Shown piece by piece: positions 14,268 through 20,000 of a stretch of DNA of 20,000 nt. The DNA comes from an uncultured virus (IMG/VR IMGVR_UViG_3300025543_000015) (Duplodnaviria; Heunggongvirae; Uroviricota; Caudoviricetes; Crassvirales): IMG/VR virus record IMGVR_UViG_3300025543_000015, one strand, 5' to 3'. The number at the start of each line of letters is the position of its first letter. Position 1 is the first letter of the stretch. The notes under the pieces are model-generated. The model saw only the letters and a list, made by a program, of their open reading frames with translations. It ran no database searches and had not been told where the DNA came from. Position numbers and translations under genes: made by a program.

Positions 14268-14339
14268 GACTCTGTGACCGAATTGGCTAGGTGGTTGGCT
14301 GCAACCCTTCACATGTGGGTTCGAGCCCCACCGGAGTTT
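14268..14339 (+). tRNA. tRNA-Cys(GCA)
   Basis: GACTCTG/CGGAGTT, U73 discriminator, loop CTGCAAC (stem with two T-T mismatches), GTGGG-TTCGAGC-CCCAC. Confidence 0.85.
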
Positions 14340-14467
14340 CTAATGCATGGAAAACCCAACATTAAGTGCTAAATTGACCCTTAATGCATGAGAAACCCCA
14401 CACTAGTGGAAAAATTCTATGTATATGTCTATATAATGGAAAAAAGTATACATATACATATATTTGC

Positions 14468-14475
14468 TATCTTTG
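14468..14475 (+). promoter_or_regulatory. -7 box (TATCTTTG)
   Basis: TAnnTTTG, 18 nt upstream of ATG 14494. Confidence 0.7.
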
Positions 14476-14493
14476 TGACAAATTAAATTTAAT

Positions 14494-15183
14494 ATGAAAC
14501 AAGGAACAGACAGATTTGTCCCTATAGAAAAGGATGTCAAAGATTTGATATTGATGTATAGAGTAGACCACGGTCTATCCTATAGAGAGATTGAAAGAAG
14601 ATTAGGCGTATCTAGAGAGACAGCGAGGCTCCACTGCTTAGAGAACTTAACAGAGGAGAAGCGTAAATCATTAAAGAAAAAGAAAAAACTTAACTCTAGA
14701 AAGGTTAAGAACAGAAGTGTTACAAAAAAGACACCTCTACCACAGTATAACTCAGTTAGGAACTATGACTTCCTACAATACATACGAATAGTGTTCAGAT
14801 GGGCGTTAAAGACCCACAGAGACCTCAACAGGGGTACTCTAGAAACATTACTCTTCCTTTACCCTAAAGGTGCTTTTACATACACCGAGTTCCATATATA
14901 CTACAAAACTATAGGGATGTATCAAAGCCATGTGCTAGCTGAGTTTATTGAAAATGGTTGGGTTAAGGTTTGGAAGAAGCGAACAGGTAGAAGTCCTAAG
15001 CTATACGCATTAACTGATAAATCCAAAAGGTTGTGTGATGATATACACAAATACTGTGTAGGTGATAAGAAGATGTCTGAGGAGTCTGATAATCCAATAG
15101 TCTCTGACAAGGATGTTAGAATAAATACCTACTACGTGGATATGATTAAAAAGATGAACAAAAGGAAAGCCCCTACTAAGTAA
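14494..15183 (+). CDS. DNA-binding protein: N-terminal HTH plus C-terminal winged-helix-like domain
   Basis: GLSYREIERRLGVSRETAR HTH, a Lys-rich linker, then GWVKVWKKRTGRSPKLYALT wing-like motif. Confidence 0.7.
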   Translation: MKQGTDRFVPIEKDVKDLILMYRVDHGLSYREIERRLGVSRETARLHCLENLTEEKRKSLKKKKKLNSRKVKNRSVTKKTPLPQYNSVRNYDFLQYIRIVFRWALKTHRDLNRGTLETLLFLYPKGAFTYTEFHIYYKTIGMYQSHVLAEFIENGWVKVWKKRTGRSPKLYALTDKSKRLCDDIHKYCVGDKKMSEESDNPIVSDKDVRINTYYVDMIKKMNKRKAPTK

Positions 15184-15192
15184 GGGCTTTTT
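15166..15192. terminator. Bidirectional terminator between convergent genes
   Basis: AAAGCCC...GGGCTTTTT. Confidence 0.7.
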
Positions 15193-15459
15193 CTATTTAC
15201 GTTTGGTTGGTAATTTTCTTTTACGTCCACCCTCTCCGGCTCTTCCTCGATTAGTGCTCGTCTTAACAAATCTTCCTACTGCGTGGTCGTAATCTTTACC
15301 TTTTATATCTTTACCTGCTGCTTTAGCTTTTAGCCTAGCTGCATTAGACTCTACCCTCTTCTTTACTTGCTCAGGTCTAGTATTTATCTTTTTATCTGTA
15401 GCAGCCTTCTTTTTTCTTGCTGCAGCATTCTTTCTATAGTACTCGGCACTCTTGCTCAT
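15193..15459 (-). CDS. Small basic protein with a degenerate HNH-like motif
   Basis: Start at MSKSAEYYRKN; GKDYDH...STNR resembles minimal phage HNH-like proteins. Confidence 0.6.
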   Translation of the reverse strand: MSKSAEYYRKNAAARKKKAATDKKINTRPEQVKKRVESNAARLKAKAAGKDIKGKDYDHAVGRFVKTSTNRGRAGEGGRKRKLPTKRK

Positions 15460-15484
15460 AAATCTGTTATTGGAATTAATTTCG

Positions 15485-15502
15485 TATATTTGCACAAAGA
15501 TA
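15485..15502. promoter_or_regulatory. Two opposed -7 boxes (TATATTTG on +, TATCTTTG on -)
   Basis: TATATTTG-CA-CAAAGATA between the divergent genes at 15459 and 15531. Confidence 0.65.
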
Positions 15503-15530
15503 AGCAAAAAAATTAAGAGTGTAAAATATT

Positions 15531-16532
15531 ATGAGTAAGAGGATTGAAATAATTGGAAGTTCTCTTGTAGTAACAGACACCGATACAGAAACAATTTTGT
15601 ATGATGTTCCTAAAAATTTATTGTACTATGAGTATACAAAGCTTGTAGAAGAGAATTTAATATGGTTCTACAAGATGAATGGTGAAGCTAACGAAGCAGC
15701 AATACCTGCAGCTATGTTAGTTTCAGATGCCGTTAATAAGGCAGGTGATGTATTTACAGTAGACTCATTTATAGAGTTTGCTAATACACAATTAGGTACT
15801 GTAGATGTTATATTACAGGACTCTACAACACCATTAATGATTGTTGATGTAACATTGTTGGTAACTGAGACAACCCTGTCATCCTTAACAGCTAAGGATA
15901 ATTACATTATAAATGTAACAGATGCTACCGGATTCGTAGTTGGGCAGTATTTAACCATATATAATGGAGATGCTAATAGGGTATTTTTCTGTCACATAAT
16001 AGCTATCAACACTTTAGCTATTACAATAGATTCACCATTAGATTTTGAATTTCCTGCAGGTTCTTTTGTATCGGTAGGCAGTTCAGATATGGCAGTTGAT
16101 GGTTCTGTTACACCACAGATTTTTGGTGTAAGAAACTCAACAGGTGTAAGTATACCACTTATCTTTGATATTTCAAGAATAGCAATTGAGTGTACATGTA
16201 CAGGAACAGCAGACTTATCTAAATTTGGAGATATAGTTGGTGGAGTAGCTAGAGGATTGGTTGCAAGGAGGGTAGACGGCACTTGGAGAAATATATTTAA
16301 TGTAAAGACAAATGCTGAGCTAAAGATGCTGATGGATATTTTTGAGATACAGGCAGCAATTGGTAATCAACAAAATGGTTTTACAGGTATTTGGGAATTT
16401 GGTGGTTACAGCAATTTAGGCTCTGTAGCTAGGATAGGGGCTCTTGAGGATGTTCAGTTTATAGTACAGGATGACCTATCAGCATTATTGACCTTGGGTA
16501 TTTCAGTTCATGGTAGCGAAGTAACAGTATAA
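15531..16532 (+). CDS. Hypothetical protein, possibly virion structural
   Basis: 333 aa, beta-rich Thr/Gly/Val/Ile composition, in the late region. Confidence 0.6.
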   Translation: MSKRIEIIGSSLVVTDTDTETILYDVPKNLLYYEYTKLVEENLIWFYKMNGEANEAAIPAAMLVSDAVNKAGDVFTVDSFIEFANTQLGTVDVILQDSTTPLMIVDVTLLVTETTLSSLTAKDNYIINVTDATGFVVGQYLTIYNGDANRVFFCHIIAINTLAITIDSPLDFEFPAGSFVSVGSSDMAVDGSVTPQIFGVRNSTGVSIPLIFDISRIAIECTCTGTADLSKFGDIVGGVARGLVARRVDGTWRNIFNVKTNAELKMLMDIFEIQAAIGNQQNGFTGIWEFGGYSNLGSVARIGALEDVQFIVQDDLSALLTLGISVHGSEVTV

Positions 16533-16582
16533 TCAAACCAATTTACTAGAGGACAGGATACTAAGTTTTGGATAATTTTAAC

Positions 16583-16590
16583 TATCTTTG
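16583..16590 (+). promoter_or_regulatory. -7 box (TATCTTTG) upstream of the lysis cassette
   Basis: TAnnTTTG match, intergenic. Confidence 0.65.
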
Positions 16591-16634
16591 TACCTCTTGA
16601 TAAAGCACAAAATAATTATGAAAATTAACAATAT

Positions 16635-17138
16635 ATGAAGACAACTTTGGCATTTTTCGAGAACCTAACAACAGGGAAAAAAGTACTATTGCTCTTTTCC
16701 CCTATAATAACAATATTAGTTTCTATGAAAGCAGCCCTACTAGGATTATTAATACTACTGTTTATAGATTTATTAACAGGTATAAGGAAAAGTGTACATG
16801 AAAATAATGTACCATTCAACATTTTTAAGAAATCTTTTTGGATGAATATACAAAGCACCCAACTACGTAAATCGTGGAGGAAGGGTTACGAGTATGGTAT
16901 AGGTATTTTGGTAATAGCAACATTGAGGGCTTTGATTTTTGGTAAAGAGACCTTAATAACTATATTTTCAAAAGAGTTCAGCCTGATAGAGTTATCCATA
17001 ATAATTCCTTCTATAATAGAGGTATGGTCTATATTTGAGAACATCGAGGCTGTTTCGGGAAGTAATCCATTAAAGAAGTTGTTCAAACTATTCCCTAATT
17101 CATTGCAGATGTTATTAGGAAAGAAAAAGGACGAATAA
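16635..17138 (+). CDS. Holin
   Basis: Several TM segments; IDLLTGI, S..LRKS..K..EY and EVWSIFENI motifs of the phage holin-4-like family; directly upstream of the putative endolysin. Confidence 0.8.
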   Translation: MKTTLAFFENLTTGKKVLLLFSPIITILVSMKAALLGLLILLFIDLLTGIRKSVHENNVPFNIFKKSFWMNIQSTQLRKSWRKGYEYGIGILVIATLRALIFGKETLITIFSKEFSLIELSIIIPSIIEVWSIFENIEAVSGSNPLKKLFKLFPNSLQMLLGKKKDE

Positions 17139-17554
17139 TGAGGTTACTTATAGAGAGATACAACTATGACGATAAACAGACCTTAGGTAGGCTTCATTTG
17201 TTAAGCTATGAAGACTATATACTAAGGACTTGGGATTGTCTAGAGCTTTCTTGGAAAAATAATTTTAAGGGGGTATCTTGTATACCTGAGGGAACATACA
17301 AAGTGTGTAAACATAACAGCCCTAAATTTGGTAAGTCACTTTGGGTTCAAGATGTCCCAAATAGGAGTGAGATATTAATACATAGAGGAAACTATAATTC
17401 AGATATATTAGGTTGCATAATTATAGGTATGGACTTAGGAGATATAAACAATGATGGTTATCTAGATGTAACACAAAGTGTAGATGCAATAAAAGAATTA
17501 CTAGAGCTTACAAAACTTATTGACTCTCTAATGTTAACAATAACAAGCTCATAA
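17138..17554 (+). CDS. Putative endolysin (DUF5675-like)
   Basis: TLG.L...LE..W..N...SCIPEGTY...VPNRSEILIHRGN....GCI motif; TAATG-coupled to the holin. Confidence 0.8.
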   Translation: MRLLIERYNYDDKQTLGRLHLLSYEDYILRTWDCLELSWKNNFKGVSCIPEGTYKVCKHNSPKFGKSLWVQDVPNRSEILIHRGNYNSDILGCIIIGMDLGDINNDGYLDVTQSVDAIKELLELTKLIDSLMLTITSS

Positions 17555-17564
17555 ATTAAATATT

Positions 17565-18182
17565 ATGAACAAGAAACTTAATTTAACTAAAATAATATTA
17601 ATTACTGCTCTAATATTCATAGGGTGGCAAAACTTTTTTAATGACGAGCCCGAAATTATACCTGACCCTGTTACCGTTAAAATTCCGGAAACCACAGGAG
17701 CTAGTGGTATTGTGAACTTAGAGCCTGAGGTAGTTATAGATACTGTATATGTAAAGGGAGATGTCATTGAGATTGATAAGGGTTATAAAGAGCTCTATGA
17801 AAAAGCTAAAGACTCGTTAGAAAAGAAGGAACTATATTTAGAGGCTATTCAGATAAAGAAATATTCCGATACTATAGTTGATAATGATGAGATAACAATA
17901 AAAGGAAAAGCCACTACTAGAGGTAGTTTATTAGACTACTCAGTGGACTACACCATAAAAGAAAAAGAGTTTACTTATATACCTGAGATTGTATCAAGAT
18001 TTCCAAAGCTTTCTTTAGGATTAGGCTTGGAAGTTGGAGTGCCACTTATGTTAGATGACCCAATGGTGATAAAAGCTAACCTATCGGTTATAAACAAAAA
18101 AGGTAAGGAGTTTGGGGTATCATATGATACAAATGGTACTGTGTGGGTTGGAGCAAAAATAATTATAAAACTTAGAAAATAA
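17565..18182 (+). CDS. Membrane-anchored protein, spanin candidate
   Basis: N-terminal TM helix, DTVYV motif and C-terminal amphipathic beta strands; third gene of the lysis cassette. Confidence 0.55.
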   Translation: MNKKLNLTKIILITALIFIGWQNFFNDEPEIIPDPVTVKIPETTGASGIVNLEPEVVIDTVYVKGDVIEIDKGYKELYEKAKDSLEKKELYLEAIQIKKYSDTIVDNDEITIKGKATTRGSLLDYSVDYTIKEKEFTYIPEIVSRFPKLSLGLGLEVGVPLMLDDPMVIKANLSVINKKGKEFGVSYDTNGTVWVGAKIIIKLRK

Positions 18183-20000
18183 TGTCTAGAATAAAGAATA
18201 AGAATGTATATCCACTAAAACTTTATCCAAAGCTTACAGATTACGTAATAGGTTCAAGTGACGAGTCTAATGGTGAGACAGTAAACTTTGAGGTTGGAAC
18301 ACTTACAGGTGTAATAAACGGGGGTGGGTTACCGGATGGAATATTGTCGGGAACTTACCAATGGGTAGTAGGTACGCTTACCTTTAATATCCTAACAATA
18401 GTATATAGAATAGGTGGTATAGTATATAGCACTGACCCAACTTCCGTTACACTAGATGTTGGAGGAGCTTTAGCTAGGAAAGATGTAATAGCTGTAAACA
18501 CAGACAGAAATGTATTTGTAATAAAAGGTACAGAGAGTATAACTCCTGCAAAACCTGTATTAACAAATGCAAACTTATCTTTAGAATTTACTTTCGTTGA
18601 TATAGCAGCAGGTGCAACAGTACCTACAGGAGTGACATCACAAGATATTTATGATGAGGGCTTAGGTCTTCCCGATGAGTTTACAGCAACAGAGTCTACA
18701 GGTAATACTACCATACAATTAGACAGTAATGACAATTCTAATACAGGTACTAAAGCTATAAAGTTTCAATCACCACTAGACGGTGAGACATTTTCATTTT
18801 CTACAGATACTCCTGTAACAGTTAACTTTGGTGACTATCTGCAATTTTGGATGAGGATAGAAATATCTCATGAGTCGGGACAAAAAATAAATATAAGGTT
18901 CTATAATGGTGTTAATATAGTAAGTAACACGATTACAGTAGTAACAGGTTTTTATAATTTTATTGGTGATTTAGTAAATGAGTGGCAGCTTATATCTATT
19001 CCATATTCCGATTTAGGGTTTACAGATGTAGAGTATGATAAGATAGAGTGTGAAATTGATATAAACCCTCTTATACCACAAGGTCAATTTTATATAGACA
19101 GTGTAGCAAGGATTAGTGGTTTAGCAGGTGTTGATGACTCTATAAATCACTCAGCATTATTCTTAGATGATGGTACAAACCCACACGGAACAACAAAAGA
19201 TGATGTAGGTTTAGGTAATGTAGATAATACAAGCGATATAAACAAGCCTGTATCTACAGCTACACAAGCTACACTAGATTTAAAGCAAGATATTATAAAT
19301 TTTGGTACAGATAACCAAATACCTATAATGAACGTAGGTGGAACTGATTTTGAGTATGATGTAGCCTTAAATTTTGATACAGCAACTAATTCACTTAGCG
19401 TAGGTGTAGATAATACAGCAGTAGGTAGATTTAGAGCCTATGGGTCGGGAACAGGTGGTCAACCTCTTGGTGGTGCACTATTCCTATACGCACACGCAGA
19501 CTTTGATACTTCAAATGATTTTTATGGTATATATGCTTGGGAAGATGATTTAAGAATTGCTGATGCTTTAGATGCCCCAATACTAGAATATACTGCTGCA
19601 AATTCAACATGGAATGTGATTAGTGCTTTATATGTAGATACTATAACTGCAGCCACAACAGATACTGATAGATTTTTAGTGTCTGATGGTGGTACAATAA
19701 AATATAGAACAGGTGCACAATTGTTAAGTGATATTGGAGCTTCTTCAACAGCACATAATCATACAGTAGATAGTTTATCAAATGTAACCATAACAGCTAA
19801 CTCTACAGGTGAGCTTCTTAAGTGGAGCGGAACTGCTTGGATTAACAACACTTTATCTGAGGCAGGTATAGAGCCTTTGTTTAGTAAGAATACAGCATTT
19901 AATAAAAACTTTGGAACTACAGTAGGTACAGTAGCAGAGGGAAATGATAGTAGAATACTAAATGGTCAGACAGCTTTTGGATGGGGAGACCACGCTTTAG
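18182..20000 (+). CDS. Tail fibre / receptor-binding-like virion protein (partial, runs off the window)
   Basis: Open frame from ATG 18182 (MSRIKNKNVYP...), Thr/Gly-rich, containing NPHGTTKDDVGLGNVDNTSDINKPVSTATQ and TAFGWGDHA motifs typical of fibre shafts. Confidence 0.75.
   Translation, partial: MSRIKNKNVYPLKLYPKLTDYVIGSSDESNGETVNFEVGTLTGVINGGGLPDGILSGTYQWVVGTLTFNILTIVYRIGGIVYSTDPTSVTLDVGGALARKDVIAVNTDRNVFVIKGTESITPAKPVLTNANLSLEFTFVDIAAGATVPTGVTSQDIYDEGLGLPDEFTATESTGNTTIQLDSNDNSNTGTKAIKFQSPLDGETFSFSTDTPVTVNFGDYLQFWMRIEISHESGQKINIRFYNGVNIVSNTITVVTGFYNFIGDLVNEWQLISIPYSDLGFTDVEYDKIECEIDINPLIPQGQFYIDSVARISGLAGVDDSINHSALFLDDGTNPHGTTKDDVGLGNVDNTSDINKPVSTATQATLDLKQDIINFGTDNQIPIMNVGGTDFEYDVALNFDTATNSLSVGVDNTAVGRFRAYGSGTGGQPLGGALFLYAHADFDTSNDFYGIYAWEDDLRIADALDAPILEYTAANSTWNVISALYVDTITAATTDTDRFLVSDGGTIKYRTGAQLLSDIGASSTAHNHTVDSLSNVTITANSTGELLKWSGTAWINNTLSEAGIEPLFSKNTAFNKNFGTTVGTVAEGNDSRILNGQTAFGWGDHAL

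Noticed and set aside
14922..17767. Minus-strand ORFs 14922-15110, 15992-16282, 16625-16858, 16886-17086, 17549-17767
   Set aside because: Antisense to clear plus-strand genes

Overview
AT-rich segment of a tailed dsDNA phage, most likely infecting Bacteroidota/Flavobacteriia: it carries many TAnnTTTG -7 promoter boxes and has A-rich starts without Shine-Dalgarno motifs. The left arm (1-8936, minus strand) is a long run of small early/accessory genes, including a lysozyme-like protein and a lipoprotein, ending in an SSB-like gene and a replication-initiator-like gene. A ~1.9 kb mostly non-coding strand switch (8937-10895) holds a structured leader and an origin-like repeat cluster. The right arm (plus strand) has a serine recombinase, small regulators/nuclease, a cluster of seven tRNA genes, a lysis cassette and the start of a tail-fibre-like gene. 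The most interesting signals are RNA-level. (1) A 29-aa leader peptide plus terminator sits directly upstream of the tRNA cluster, and its codons match the amino acids of those tRNAs, suggesting a tRNA-depletion-sensing attenuator. (2) Two type I hammerhead ribozymes bracket four early ORFs. (3) Truncated mini-tRNA-like elements lie in the early transcript. All calls come from reading the sequence by eye; no database searches or folding programs were run.
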